Shown: piece after piece, positions 1-14,100 of the stretch
How the letters are laid out: every line of letters starts with the position of its first letter
How positions within the stretch are numbered: the stretch's first letter is position 1
DNA from: the human T2T-CHM13v2.0 reference genome, Homo sapiens
Strand: one strand, 5' to 3'
Length of the DNA stretch: 64,000 bases
Assembly (NCBI RefSeq): GCF_009914755.1
Contig: NC_060928.1
Translations under genes and position numbers: made by a program
Notes under the pieces: generated by a model
Told to the model about the DNA's origin: nothing
What the model saw: only the letters and a program-made list of their open reading frames with translations
Databases searched by the model: none

Positions 1-789
1 GGGATCTGGTGAGTTTGATTACTGTTCTGGCTTTGTTCATTTGTTAAATCCGAGTGGGAAAATTATTTAGGCACTGTCCTAGTAACCTCAGCGATTGGCT
101 CTTTTTTTCTGTAACTGTTTATTTCCTCCTTGGGCCATTCAGAGCGTCGAGTCTCCTAAATGTCAGTATACTTTGTAAAGTAGGTGTTTCCATGCTGCAA
201 GACTTAAATCTGTTCTGGAAACTTCAGGGAAACTCTGTGGTTGGAGTAGAGGCTTCATAATTCACCCTGAGGAAGGAAATGATAGTATGAATAATCAGTA
301 CTATCCACAGACTTTATGATAGAATGTTTGATTCATAGCAAACATATTGAAAGAGAAGCTTACAGCTCTATGGTCAACAATTGCTCCTTCTCCGGCCAGA
401 AAAGGCTCAGGATTCTTCAATCCATGGAACAGAAATCTGAAATCATTCCCATCAGCATGTCTTAATGCAGGGCCTGCCTGGCTACTGCAGGGTAAGAGCA
501 TGAGCCGGAGCACTCTTGTAATGTGGAAGCAGCTGCTGGTCTTGGGCTTCAAGGTTTAGTTCCTTTCAAATTCATACTTAAAAAATACTTTCTGGTGGAG
601 GTGGTCAGGAAACTCGAACAATGGGTGCCGCTAGGGAAGGGTTGAGGTGGGAACTGTCTGGAAACACCTTACTGTGTCTGGAGGTGAGAAACAGTCTTTC
701 TCTGCTGGCAGCTGTGCTGACCTCAGCTCATGAGACGTCAGCTTCAACTCTTTGTGGTCCCCTCTGAAGCATGGGGCCAGTCAGAACAG

Positions 790-1640
790 CAAGGCTTTCT
801 GGGCTGAGGATGTTGAATGCATGCAATGGTCTTGGTCAATGCAGTTGGCTCCTCAGGAAAAACTGGTGTTTTTCAGAGGCCTTTTTGGGTCAGCTACCAG
901 CCTCTTCATTGCTTTCGGGCAGTTCTTGTGTATCTTGCTAAGATCTAGGAATGGGGGGATACCCCCAGCCTGTCAAGAAGATAATCTGGTCGGGGTTGTT
1001 GATGTGGGAGAAAGGAAGTGCCCCTCCCATCAGCTCATAAAATGAGATGCCATAGGCATTGACATGGGACTGGAAGCTGAGTGGGTTTTTACCCTTCGTT
1101 CAGATCGCCTCTGGGGCCATTGACTGTGGGTTTCCTTAATCTGCTGAGAATCACTTCGGTGTGACTTCACTGTTGCCAAACCAAAATGTCTCTAGTTCAC
1201 ACCATGAGGCCTTCATGGAGAAATATGTTGGATTTTATGTCTCTGTGGATGATCTTCTCTGCATGCCAACTAGTTCCTTCCCTGAGCTGTCTACCAGGCA
1301 ATGTCAATTAGCTGGAATGTCTGAAACTTGGTCTCCTGGACATGCAGGTAGCTGTAGAGGCTGCCTTCACAGCACTGGGTCACAATGCCAGGTTGTCCTG
1401 TGTCATGAACCCCAACAAGAGCAGAATGTCCACATGTCCTACACTGCTCAGGACAGCCACCTCATCTCTGAAGGCCTGGAACTGCTCTGGGGGTCAGGTT
1501 GACAACCTTGGAGGATCTTGACTGCATTGCCTCTGCCACTTAACCTGAAACAGTTCTGATAGAGCCTGACCTGATCTAAGCAGAGCGTGCCACTATATGG
1601 GCTTGTATTTCCCCAGAAGAACATGGATCTGTCCATGAGG
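790..1640 (-). pseudogene. Highly decayed Mx copy (GED end ~790-960, G-domain remnants ~1370-1500)
   Basis: Minus strand ttcctgaggagccaactgcattgaccaagacc resembles MX1 FLKERLARLTQA codons; GIVTQC at ~1375-1392 resembles GIVTRC. Confidence 0.5.
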
Positions 1641-2089
1641 TCTAACGTTTTTTTCTCCTGGATCCCAGAGCTCAGTGACTTTCCTTGTGTGCTGGCACAG
1701 GGGTTTGGGTTGTGGACCAGCTCACTGGGCTGAGGTGGCTGGAACCACTGGGGTAGGGCTGTGAAGGGAAGGCAGATTGACTGTGACTTGGTGTTGCATC
1801 CTCAATCATCCTCCTGTCCACAGGTGTGGTGATGCTGATCACGTGGACATGAAGCGTAGATGTTGACCCCTCTCTCTGGGAGAGGAAACCTTCAGAGGGG
1901 CTGAAGGAATTGAATATGAAAGCATGAGGTGTAGAATGTCTGTTGGGAGCTAACAGGCATCCAGGAAAGACTGTCACGTATGATACATTGTCAAAGAAGG
2001 TAGTGCTGGGACCTCACTGTAGCCAGTTTGGAAATGAATTGTCCGATATTACTCCAGCCCACGTGCCTAGTGAGTACTTTAGTGCTATA

Positions 2090-3480
2090 GTGCTCATGAA
2101 ACTTGTAGCCACGAGCATGATGCTGAAATCCACTTAGCAGGAATTTCTGATGTTACAAAAGGTAAACTTCAGGAGTGTCTTCTGAGCAAAGTTGTGTGTT
2201 GTAAGGGGAACATGACTCAGGAAATCTACCTGAAGCTCTTCCCCCATCAGGCAGCATCAGTATTCCAATATAAATGCCTTTTTACCCTCGTGTCCATTAA
2301 GTCTGAACACAGCACTGTGGTTGCAGCCTCTCACCTTGAGTGCTTTCACGAGGCAGCCACATGAGCTCCTTCTGCTTTGCACACTGACCACTGTTGTTTG
2401 CTTATTGGCAAGAAAACAGTGCTGCCTGCCTTAGAAGAATCTGAATTTGCTGTCGTCTGATGCCTGGTGCTGATAGATAAATGGTTGAACAATTGTAAGG
2501 CAGATGTAGCTAGAGCCATAAAACTCCAAGGCTTAGAATACAGAACCCTTGCTGCTTGTTCTTCAAGCTCCATGTGTGCTCCATTGACACTGTTGAAACT
2601 ATTAAACCTGAAGGAGCCAGGCTATACCAAGTGTCCTGTTGCCTGAGGGCAGCTTTTCCTCCATTCCTTCTCTCCACCATATTGGGGAGAAGGAGGCAGT
2701 TAGATTTGGTTCCAAGCCCAGAGGACAGGCCCCTAGGCAGCCCCAGTATCTCGGTACTGGAGCTCCCTGCCTCAGGGCGCAGGACCTAAGGCCCAGCCAA
2801 CTGACTTCCTGACCTTGAGCTTAGTGAAGAAACCTTCCTCATACTTTCCTGAGGCTAGAAGCTTCTGATCCTCACTCCTGTGATATCCACTGCCTCTTGC
2901 TTTTCATTGCCACGTGCCCCACTCTTCCATTACAGAGAAATGGGACTTGAAATTTTTTCTCCTATAGGTAGTTTTGTAAGGGATGCTTCTTGTCATTCTC
3001 TGAGCTGGTAAGAAGTATGTGTACCTTGTCTTACTTGGACGATTAATGTCCTATTTATGAAAGGACTTGGTTCTCTGCAGATATCACTTTATCACGATTT
3101 GAGGGAGCTTAGCCAGTGTCACACTGCTTCCTCTAGTGGAAGCAGGTGCCAATCACACTGGCCTGGGCTTTGCCTACTTCTGCCATTGTTTGATCACTGC
3201 CATCTGGGCCACTGATGGATACAAACTAGGTCACCTTTTGACCTTTGACAGACTCCTTATGGATGCATAAGGAGGTCGTTTTAAATCCAGAGATTAGGAT
3301 GGTCCAATGAGATTTGTCACCACCTATGTGTTCTGGTGGAGATTTTTACCCCAAGGGGGATTTCATAGCATGAGTACCATTGATGGTGGACATGGGTTAT
3401 CATGGTCTTTTCCTCTGGCTCCCACATCCATGGTTCTCAGACCTCAAGATTTCAGTCTTCTCTGTGGGGTCCCTTTTGAG
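2090..3480 (-). pseudogene. Decayed Mx copy, lineage II (G domain to GED)
   Basis: In order: GLRTMDVG (SLRALGVE), MAEVGKAQASVIG (EKEINKAQNAIAG), VTLAKLPQI (LTLIDLPGI), LEEQAARVLYS (LEEPAVDMLHT; ORF 2346..2573), SHVPL (SHIPL), HQKFL (KRKFL). Confidence 0.7.
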
Positions 3481-3589
3481 TGGTGAAAACCTAAGGTCAA
3501 GGACCTGGCAACATGTGAATGCTGTTGCCACTGGCAGTTCCGATATCTGGCAAGCATTTCCCTTCTGTCCTGATCATAGGTTGAGCTTC

Positions 3590-6099
3590 AGACATGGTTT
3601 CCAGAAGATTGACATAGGTTTATCCTCTTTAGGGAACATCCCTGCTTTTCCTTCCTGTGGTGAAATTGGTGAGTTGAGGGATTTGTCCAACTAGGAGAAC
3701 TCCTTGATACTTTATTATGCTGCAGAAGGATGGCGCATAGCCTTCTAGTTTCCTGACAATCACGGGACATGTGACTATGACAGATGTTGCATGTCATTGT
3801 AACTTTCATGAGTGGGTAGTTGCCATATGTGCTGCCCCCCCTTCTTTGAAAGCCATGGGTTCCATCTGAAATTGTTATACTTAATTCCTAAGTCCTGCTG
3901 GAGGAAAGATTTGTCTACAAATGAAAATAATATTTAACACTGCCTGTCATTGTGAGCATCTGAAGTTGCTTCAAGATTGACTCAGGAATTCAACACTGGA
4001 TATTTCTGATCTGTGTTAGTTCTCAGAAATTACGAAGTCCTGAACTTCAGAGAATTCTGGATCAATGTGTACATTCCAGTTAGTAGGGATGATGGATGAT
4101 ACTAATGGAAGTTATTTTAAAAATAACAGAACTATTGCATTGCCTTCTGCAAGCCTTATTGACTTCTGGAGTCAGACCTACTGTGGCATCAGCAAGTCCC
4201 ATTGCTTGTTTCTCATAAGTTAGAAAGATGAGCTGTTCCAGTGGCAGAGTCTCTGAACCACATGTCCATGATCATGGATGTATCCTGAATCAAAATGCCT
4301 GAGCATCTTTTTTTTCCATAGTGCACTTGACTACTAAAATGAGAGGAATGAGTGACGAACACATCAGCCCCTTGTTCCTCCACATATTAGCCTCCCCTTT
4401 TCTGTGCTTTTGGGTGTAGGAACTTTCTTCCTTATCTTCAAGCTATTTTTAACCCATTTATCTCATATTTTAATAAGTACCATATCTTAAGCTGAATGCT
4501 TTCATGGATATTTTGACTTCATGTTCTTGTTCTGGCCACCATCTGCTGCTTTGTCTTCGAAGTTATCAACTGTCTTGAACTTAATTTCCTTCTTGCTCTA
4601 TAAGTTTAGTTTTCTGAAAATGACTGTGTACCTTAGGTGATTACCTTATCCTGTGAGTTCTTGTAGTGGCTTTCTTGCCTGAACTTATAAACTGATAGAG
4701 GGGCTTTATTGAGAAACAGTTGTTTTTTTAAACTGGCTGAAGTGACCTCCATCCGTGTTGAAGGTCATTATGTACTGAACCTGGATATCCTCTGAAGCTG
4801 TGACATCTGTTGTTCCAATTGCCCTGAGGATGCTAAGACCTAAATGCTAGGGGACAAGAGCTGGAACCCCACTTCTATACATCTTCATTGGATGGCTTAG
4901 GCACGACTAGAAATGAGATAGGCAGAGAGTGCTTCCATGGGCAACAGTGCACCTTCTGTGGGCAGACAGGTGGAGGCTGGAAACATGGGGCACAATGCTG
5001 AAACCATCATTCTGCAGTGGCACTGTCAGATGAGCTAACCTTTGGCCCAAACTTTGAGCCAGTGAAGAGTTCTAGGTGGAACACACAGCTGTTCTTTTCG
5101 TCTGGTCTCTAGCCTCTTTGTTTTTCTGGGAAGAAGGCTAAGAAGTCCTGGGGAATGGCTATGAGAAAATAAACCTTGGGCTAGTTTTGTGACCAACTTA
5201 CTGTTGGTCAGTAGAGTTGCCAGAAGGTGCAAACCCTTCCTCCTGCACTTAGGAACTACATGACAATCAGACCTCGCTGGCCAGCTGTGGAGCCCTGAGG
5301 ACTTGCATATCTGTTTGTCTTGAGAGTAAAGCTGGTGAGGATTCAATCATCAGACTTGGTGGGGCTACTTCATCCTCAGCAATGACTCCATCGTAGTTTA
5401 CACCTTTTAGGTGATAGAAAATTTCATACCACAGCAAAAGCAGATTGTCTTCAGTACCTTTGTCTACCAGATGAGTCTGTCAATGTGACTAATGCTACAT
5501 GTGTCAGGGTCTACCTCCTGAGAAGTGGTTAATGCCTCTGTAGCAGCAGGCTGATTGCCCATAAACCACTCAGGTTGTTGTATTAAGGTGGCCTGTTAGG
5601 TGTGTGGGGATCTGATGTGCACATTCATCAGCTCATGACTATCTCCTACCAATTCCTGGTGATGACATTCTGGGCTTTATTGACTTGCTTTCTACTTCCA
5701 AAGCATCTGACATCTCATGTTTAAAGTCCTGGTGAGTGACCTTGCTTCTCTGCTCATATCTGTGTACAAGTTTTTTCAGTTCCAACACCAGCAGACATTG
5801 TGTGACAAGACCATGCATCCTGGAAGAGCCACTCTCCCCATAGCTTTCAGAATGGGGCTCTTGCATGAGATCTGGTCTTTGACGGTGAAAGTGGGGAAGG
5901 TCACATTTTTATGCCTGGAGTCTATGGGGATTCGATGAGGTCAGTGCAGGCATGTACCTTCTCTACCTCCTGGCTCTACAGGCGGTTCTTCATTTCAGTG
6001 TCCCCATTGTTCTCAGCCTTATTGTCATCTCCATTTGGTAGTAGAAGGTTGGTTAGAAAAGGTGAATCACCTTTTGAGATTCCCTTCTGGATGAACTAT
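3590..6099 (-). pseudogene. MX1: MX1-derived processed pseudogene, lineage I (5' part 5395-6099 well preserved)
   Basis: LLLPNGDDNKAENNGDTEMKNRL (MX1 [23 protein letters not shown]); ORF 5639..5866 GLVTQCLLVLELKKLVHRYEQRSKVTHQDFKHEMSDALEVE ([41 protein letters not shown]); KGTEDN..FYHLKG; LATLLTNSKLVTKLAQGL (LAEKLTSELITHICKSL). No introns; many stops and frameshifts; start codon decayed to ATA. Confidence 0.9.
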
Positions 6100-7089
6100 C
6101 CTCTAGTAAATCTGGTGAGAAGGCAACCTGTAAACTGAGTTGGCTTAGTTCCCAGGAATGGGCCTGTGAAGACTGATGCACATGGTTTGTCCCTCCAACT
6201 CCTTGTTAATGTCTTATCTGCTGATGCTGGCCACTGCCTGGAATGTCTTCAGAACCCAGAGTGAATCTCTCCTGCCTGGCTGGGATGTGGTTGTGTTGTA
6301 GTGGGTCCTGTCTGTACACGGGTTCTGGTGTGTTTAATCATGCTTCTGGCCCTGTTGAATTGGTAAACCCCAGAGTAGGGAAATAACTTGGGCACTCTGC
6401 TAGGTGCCCCAGTGAATGAATCTTTCTGTCCCTTTGGACTGTTCAGAACATGGACTAAAGTCTTAGTACACCTTGTAATGTGTGGGTATTTCCACGTAGT
6501 GACAGATTAAATCTGCTCTGGGAACTTCCCTGAAAACTTGCACAGTGCCATGGCTTAGAAAATTCCCCTAACGATGAGAAGAATGTTTCCAGAATGAATA
6601 GTAATCACCCCAGACTTCATGATAGGACATTATTACCATAAGTACCCAAAAAGAAGAGATGCTTCTAGCTCCATAGTCAACAAGGCAGCTTCTCTGGGCA
6701 GCAGGTGCTCAATCTGAGGGGCATGATTCTAAAATCCTTTCCATCCCCTTGTTGTCTGAATGTTTGGTCTGCCTGGTCCCTCCAGGGTAAAAGCCACATG
6801 AACCAGAGCTGTGACATGGAAGCAGCTGCTGGTCTTGCTTCCCAGGTCTTAGCCTTTCAGATTTGTACTGGCAGATGCCTTCTGGTGGAGGTGGTCAGAA
6901 ACCAGAACAATGGCTGCCACTAGGGGGGAGGGTTGAGGAGGTTCAGAGCCGTCTGTGGAAAGGCTTGACTTGGGGGTATGTGCAGGTGAGAAATGTCCTG
7001 CCTCTTGCATCTGTGCTGACCACAGCTCATGAGAGGCAGGGACTTCGTGGTCCCCTGTGAACTGTGAGGCAGCATCACTGGCCTGGAAT

Positions 7090-8350
7090 GAGGATGTTGC
7101 AAATGCTTCTAGTGGCCTGAGTCAGTGCAATGGGCTCTTCAGGGAAGATGAAAATTGTGAGTTTTCCCATCTTTGTTGGCTGGAATGATTTGGATGTGAT
7201 TGTATTTCTACCTTTTGGTGGATAGAACCAAGTAAACAGTCTTCTGGGCCCAGAGAATACCTTGTAGATTTCAGTTGTACACTTAGTTCCTAAAGCCTTC
7301 ACTTGTGTACTCGGCAGTTCTGTGGAGGTTATAGTCAAAGCATTTTCTGAAATCTGAGAAGGAGCCAGACCATGTCATCTATGTGCTTCATGACAACTGA
7401 CTCTTCCAGTGTTTTGCTTTGCTGTTCTATGATAGTCTTGAATATCCTGTGATTCCTAAGTCCTGACAACTTTCATAACATTAATCCTCAAATTCCTATA
7501 TTTTTCTACAAAAAAACCTTTGATCTTCCTAAACGTTTTCAATCACAGCACTCCATTTGCAGAACCCATTATAGAGATTGCTAGACAGATGGTATTTTCT
7601 CCACTAAGGTTTCCTCCCCTTGCACTAAAGCCAACATGTCCTGATCACATGTACTAACTTATCCTAGAGAAGGTTTCTAGGATAAAGCATTAAGTCACTC
7701 TTCCAAAAACACGGTCCATTATCCCCATCAAGGAGTTCACTGTGGGAGCAGACTGCTGCTGGCCTCAGAACGTTGCTGGTCCTGTTTCCTCCATTCATGT
7801 AGCATCTGGGGACTAATGAAAGTGCTCTGTTCTGGATCATCCCATAAACCCATCATTGAGGTCTCAGGCTAAACTGTCCATTTTCTGGCTCTTACCTTTG
7901 GCTGTTGCTGAGCAACTAGGGTAGGTGAGCACCCAAAGTGGTGGTGTACCAACTATACCTCTTAAAGCATGAGCTGCTCTTGAGACTTCATTTCTCACTC
8001 CATTTTCAGATTATTCAAGGAGCCCTTTCTTGTGGCCTAAACCACTCCTACAATGACAAGTTAGCACTAGTGATTAATCATTAGCTGCTTTCTCACTTTT
8101 CCACCACTTGCTGTTACTGAAGTGCTTCGGTGACATTACCATTGTCTTGCTGGGGTCTTCCACGAAATAGGACTTAGGGATGTGTATGACTTAGCTATTC
8201 TGTTTGTGGAATCTTTCTTCAGACACAGCTCATGATAAGCACTTTCCTTTTCCATGTTCTTATGAGTAAAATGAGAGGATAATTCTTTGCAGAACAGTAT
8301 TCTGAATGAGACCAGTATCTCCTTCACGTTGGCATAACAATCCCATCCTG
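7090..8350 (-). pseudogene. MX1: Decayed Mx copy, lineage V (stalk 7240-7680 clear)
   Basis: DQDMLALVQGEETLVE (NQDITALMQGEETVGE), FCKWSAVIEN (FHKWSTIIEN), IFKTIIEQQSKTLEES (TFETIVKQQIKALEEP), NLHRTA, and EEPIALTQATRSIC at the C-terminus (ORF 7075..7338). Confidence 0.85.
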
Positions 8351-8979
8351 AATCTCCAGCTGAGAACTTGACAACTGGAAAGTGCTAATAAGACAAATAG
8401 CAAACATGAGCAATAGTCAAGTTCTTGAGGCTTAAATCCTTACCTCTGCCTGTTACCGGGATTACTATGTAAAATCTTTTGAGGCCACCATTAACCTCTA
8501 ACAATTAAATAAGAAACACTTTGCTCCTAAGTCTATTGGTAAATTTTCCCAGAGTGAGGCTCTGTCTGAGCTGGCGGTTGAGGCATGCTCAGCTTGGGAC
8601 AGGAGCCCATGTACCTGCTTTGTTTCCTCCTAGGCACAAAGCAGCTGTAGCTGCAGCCCTAGGGCCTTGGCAGTTTCCCACTGTCCATTTAGTGTAGACA
8701 TTGGAAGTGGGGGCATTGTTCAAATAAAGGGTTATAAGTGATACTGACAAAATGTTCTTGGCATATACTGTATGACAACACTGGCTGGAATCTTATCATT
8801 TGGCCATTGAAGGGTTGGGCCTTAACTGTATCTCTTTTGAAAAGGTTTGTGTTAGAATTTGCCAGATATGGCCTGCACCACTGCTGGGTGCCACCTCGCA
8901 GAACTGCTGCATAAATCATGCCCTGCTCCATTCTCCCCTCACCTGCCACCCATCAGCTGTAGGCCAATGCAATTTTCCC

Positions 8980-10130
8980 TTTGCACTTCAAGTTGTACGT
9001 GAGATGTCCAAGGGCGTAGCAACATTATGAGGATTGTGTGCATCCACTCAAAACACGATAGATGCACATCTGTTTTCTGCTTGGATTTGTCTGGCTGCCT
9101 TTAGTTAACCTTTCTAGTGCAGTTTGCTCCAGGAGAAGACTGGAGTTGTCCACGCTGAAGAGGGATGGCAGAGAGGAACTCGAATTCCTGCAACTTGGGG
9201 ATGGATGAGTCTTCATGATTCAACCTGAAAGCTGATTGCCTTGTGGTCAGTACACTGGGGACAGAAGTTCTGCTTTGGGTTGTGAGGTAGAGCCTTGAGT
9301 GGCATTTCATCTTCAGGATCTTGGCCTTGACTCTGCTGCTATGACTGGTCAACATGTTTTGACACTCAGGTTGGAAAGTGAATGCTCCCTTGTAGGGAAC
9401 CCTGTACACGTTATAGTTCATGTCAGTGTATAGATGTTATCCTCTAGTTCGAAAGACAACCATGAATTTCTACCAAAACCGTATTTTAAAGCATGATTCC
9501 CAAGTGGGACTAGTTTATCTCTCCCTTATCTTAGATTTTTGGAGGACCTCCCTCTTTGACCCAAACTTGTCAGTTAGGAGTCAGCACTCAGGATGAGGCT
9601 TACATTTTCTTTCCTATTTTGATGTAGTTGCTTACTCATGCCACACTACAGGCTCCCTGTAGTGTGCTACTGGAATGGCCTTGGCACGCGACATGTGTCT
9701 TATGAGAATCCCCCACTAACTATGACATGGAGAATTTTATGCAGGTAGTCCAGGCTGCTGGCCCTAAGAGACAGACATTCTTAGAACTTTCTTCTAAGAG
9801 TTGATGATAGCACCACCCACCCCAGCGTCACCCAGGCCAGGGCTAGTTCTAGTGGAAGCTGCTGCCAAGTATGCTTGGCTTTGGCTTTGCCCACTTCTGT
9901 GGCTTGATAATTCCATGATCTGGGACACTGCTGGATATGACCCAGGTCATTGAGTCTTGCTTGCCCAGTGTATTTGTTGCTTGTGAGTCCATATGGGGGA
10001 TCATATAAAAGCCAGAGTTTGGGATGATACAGATGAGGTTTCTCATCACCAGATAGTTCTGGTGGACCTGTTCAATCTTACCTAGGGAAGACATATTGGA
10101 TGTGGATCATATGGGCATTATTGACTGGGG
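8980..10130 (-). pseudogene. Decayed Mx copy (lineage II G-domain piece plus lineage VI stalk/GED)
   Basis: ORF 9101..9421: VKAKILKMK..SRLYL..DSSIPKL..LSAIPL versus AKSKIEDIR..IRLHF..DSSMEEI..ISSHIPL; LLTDKF versus FLIDKV. Confidence 0.6.
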
Positions 10131-10164
10131 CCCTGGGTCACCATCAGGGATTTGACAGAAAGAG

Positions 10165-10292
10165 CATAAGGACAAATAACTAACGCCTGTGGGGCCCAAC
10201 ACCTACGCGACGGGTGGATAGGTGCATCAGACTACCATGGCACACATTCACCCATGGAACAAACCTGCATGTCCTGCACATGTATCCCAGAA
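10165..10292 (+). mobile_element. L1PA (about L1PA8-13) 3' UTR fragment
   Basis: ataggtgcatcagactaccatggcacac...aacaaacctgcatgtcctgcacatgtatcccagaact is the L1PA 3' end. Confidence 0.75.
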
Positions 10293-11109
10293 CTAGCTGT
10301 ATGGCTACTATCTCCTCACTCATGTTCCAGGGCTCTTTCCTTTGCCTCCAAAAAGGTCACCAGGTCCAGCATGGAGATGGCAAGACCCAGAGAGACCATG
10401 TTTTTATAGTCCTCTATTGTTACTTGACTATGCAAAGCCTGCTGAGAAGGGTTCCAGGTATTTCCATTCCTCCAGAGAATTCTATGACCCCATCCCTGAA
10501 TGTCAACAGTTTCTGTCAGTTTGAGCTTCTTGACCTGTGTACATGTTCTTCACTCAAGTATCAGGAAACTGGAGCAACTCCCATTTGAACATATTGGGAG
10601 ATTCCTTCCCACTGTGGGCCTCAGATACATTTTGTTTTGCAGGTTCTTGCACTACCTTACTGGGATGGGTTGTTTTCCTTTGGAAAAAATTTCTTCACAA
10701 ATCTGAAAAAAATCCAGAGGGTGGGAATCATCTCTGCCTTTCCTCAATATCAGCATCTGATTTGCTGATAACCAATGTGTCATTTCCCAGCTTCCAGGAT
10801 GTCCTGGCAACTTAGCTATGCATCTCCCAGGACCTGCAGATCACAGGGCAACAGAGGCTGTGATAAAATCACCGGGAGCTCCTGAGGTGTGGAGGACATG
10901 GAACAGGAGAAATGGAACCCAAGATCTCCTGAAATTCTTTTCCACCAACCCATTGCTTTTGTACCAGAACAAAAGTGGTTTGTCAGTTGCCATGGCAAAC
11001 ACCGAGGCTTAGGTGACACACAACAGATTGTGTCTCTTAGGACTAAAAATGTCAGAAGCCTGAGTTTTCCCCAAAGCACAGTCCCAATGCCATACTGCGG
11101 GGAGCGTTC

Positions 11110-14100
11110 AGAGTGGCAGGTGCTTCCTGTCAAGCATGGGGAGGGCAGGGCTGCTCCTTGCTCTTTCTGCAGATGTGTGGAGCACCTGGGACCCAGGAGC
11201 AGTGAGATGACCTCGGCTCATCCTGGAGAATCCCAAGTGCCAACATACACGGCATCAGAATTTGAACCTTTTAAATTTGCTGGTACATTTTCTCAGGGGT
11301 TACTTATGAGTACTGTGGTTAATTTCTGCTGTAATCATTTTTGAGCATTAATCCATCCCAGGAGTAGAGTTGTTGCATGTGAAAGGGGCTGCCATCTCTA
11401 CCTCTGCACCTCACACTCTTAGAAACTTGACTGTATTAAATTTTAGTATAATCTTTAAATTGCCTTTAAAATGTCTGTAAAATACTCTTAATATGATATA
11501 GCGTGTTCGTATTTTAACAAGTACTATATCTTAAGCTGAATATTCCAAGTGTGTTATGACTTCATATTCTTGGTCTGGCCACTGTCTGCCATTTTCTTTG
11601 AGGTTATTGATAAGAGAGGCTACACTATTATTCATTAGCGCTCATGGAAGCACAGTAAGAAACACTTTGTACGTGATCATTGAGATAGGTAAGGGACTGA
11701 TGCAACCAGGTTTTGTAATAGAATGGGCTCAAATCTGAACACAGTATAGACAAGTGGGAATTGATAGCCAAGTAGTATTGGGTCAGACTGTGATGAAATA
11801 TCAAAAGGTAAGAGGTTTGCAAAGCAGACTTAGGGTTCTTTGCTAAAACTGGATTTTACAAGGACGTACACAGATGGGCCTAAAAAGATTTGGTCTGACT
11901 CCAGTTGGCCAAGGAAAGAATCTTGATCACTCTACCTGCTGTTCAATTTTTGAAGAATAGTTGTCTTTACCACTGTCTCTTCTGATATTTCCAATAGACG
12001 GGATGCAGAGAACTTTGTCCTTAGGTTTGGGTTGATGGTCATAAGCAGCTGTACCTTTCTAGAGCTCTTCCTTACAGACAGCTTATGATGGTTCTACCTC
12101 TTCCACTTAGAATTAGGTGGAGGTTGATGAGAATAGGTAAACAGCCTCTTCGCTGAATGCACTTTTGGGAAGTGAACACAGCTGCTGCTTAAAAGCACAG
12201 AAATTCCTCAGGCTGAAATGATGGTTATGATCTTTACCCCCAAAGCACTGCAGCCTGGCTCTGAGTAATGTACTCAATATCGGGAGGTCTGCAAGGAGGG
12301 AGGGCAGGTGTGGGGTGTGTGTCCATCCTTGGAGTTCTGCTCAAGCTGCCTTTTTATTAAAATGGGGATGCCTGATCCGGACAATGTCGGTCCTGATAGC
12401 TGATCTTCAGAAAGAGTGGCAGTAGGAGACTGTTCTCGAACTTACCCTGAAGTCGGTCATGGTAGCTCTGTCTACTCAAGTGGAATCCTGGGAAACATCT
12501 GTCTGGTCTACTTCACTTAGCTGTAGTTAACTAATTTCATTCTGTCCCACAGGTCATAAGTGAAAGCGACACGTGAACTTTGGGATCATGTCCTTAAAAA
12601 TGTGACCCTCCTCTTCTCCACTGTCCTCTTTATGACTGAGTCCCTCCTCTCTGGGAATAGTAGGACCTCAGAGGAGGAATGTGATGTATGAACCTCCTTG
12701 AGGGCACCTGTGTAAGATAAAAGTACTGGTGGGGTATGACGTTCCAGCAAAGAGTACTCTCCCATTAAAGTAGGCCTGGGGTTTGGTAAATGGGTCTGTA
12801 GGCCTCAGGTCGAGGAAGATTCAGTGGGTATGCATGTTCCTACAGAGCACCCATTCCCTTGTACCTGGTTGTACAGCCTTCTGACATGTTCCATGCCAAA
12901 GGAATGGAAGAAGGCAGCTCAGTTGGCTTGAAAACAACCTCACCTGGGAGAGGCATCTATGCCTGCCCAGACAGAAAGATTGGGTGATGTTCCCCTTCCT
13001 GAGATGTTGTAGCGGCTTTATTGCTGCCTTTTTAAGTAAGATCTCGGCACTCTGACCAAGGTTTCCTGGGAGGCATCTTTGTTTCTTTGTTATGCAAACA
13101 ATGGGATATGAAGCCAAAATATTATGGGTCAAATCTCAACCATATCTCTTGTATACATTGAGTGGAATATTCCAGAGGGCTTCAATTTCCTTTCCTGGAG
13201 AACTGTTTAAATATTTGCCAATGACTCATTGCATTATCCTTGGTGTTGTAGGTGTGAGTTTGTTACAAATGGGTAAGATATGGCTCCTAAAAGCATTCAC
13301 GCACGTGGAACTGATGCCTATAAAACACTGGATATGTGAAAAGATGTTATAAAGGCCAGTAAAATCACCTTCTGTGATACTTAGCAATGAGTTTCTGACA
13401 ATAGAAGCAGAGAGCTGAGGATAGGAAGAACGCTGAGGTATTCCTTTATGAGTACAAGGGTCTGAGCATAATCTCCACCTCTATAAGCCAGGTCACTGGA
13501 ATTTTTCTCCTCCAGATGAGCTAACTGCCTTTTGCTGAGATGTTACTGCCTGAAAAACCAGTGAGGGTGAAGGTGTGGCCCCAGGCAGCCCATTCATTCC
13601 AATCAAATGTCAGACCACCTGGATGTCTTTAGGTGAAGGATGGGCTCAGTGCCTCCTGAAGCATTGAGAATAATGAGTGCAATAACTGAGTAAGTCAATA
13701 GTCAACTGAGGCTAACTTGAACTGAAGGTTTCATCATTTGAAATCTTGGTTTCTCACCCCAAAACAGGTGAGATTGTGTACTGAAGTATTTAAAATAGGC
13801 TTATGTAATTTGCCAGATCTCCCTTTCATGTTAATGGATAGTTCTAAGATGACTATGGAAGATATTCACAATTGTCACTCTTCCTTTGAGCAACATGGAC
13901 GTTAGAAAGTTTTGGTCTCTGCACCTGGCATTCTATCACCACTGATACTCAGGCTCTGGTCATTGATTAACATTGCTCTTGGATTCGGCGAACTTTGTTT
14001 CTTCCATGCCCTCACCTGTGTACCAGTGCAGGAAGGCCTTGTACGAGAAAATAGCACTAAATTGCTGAGATACACGTGAACTGCTCTAAGATGCTTGAGT

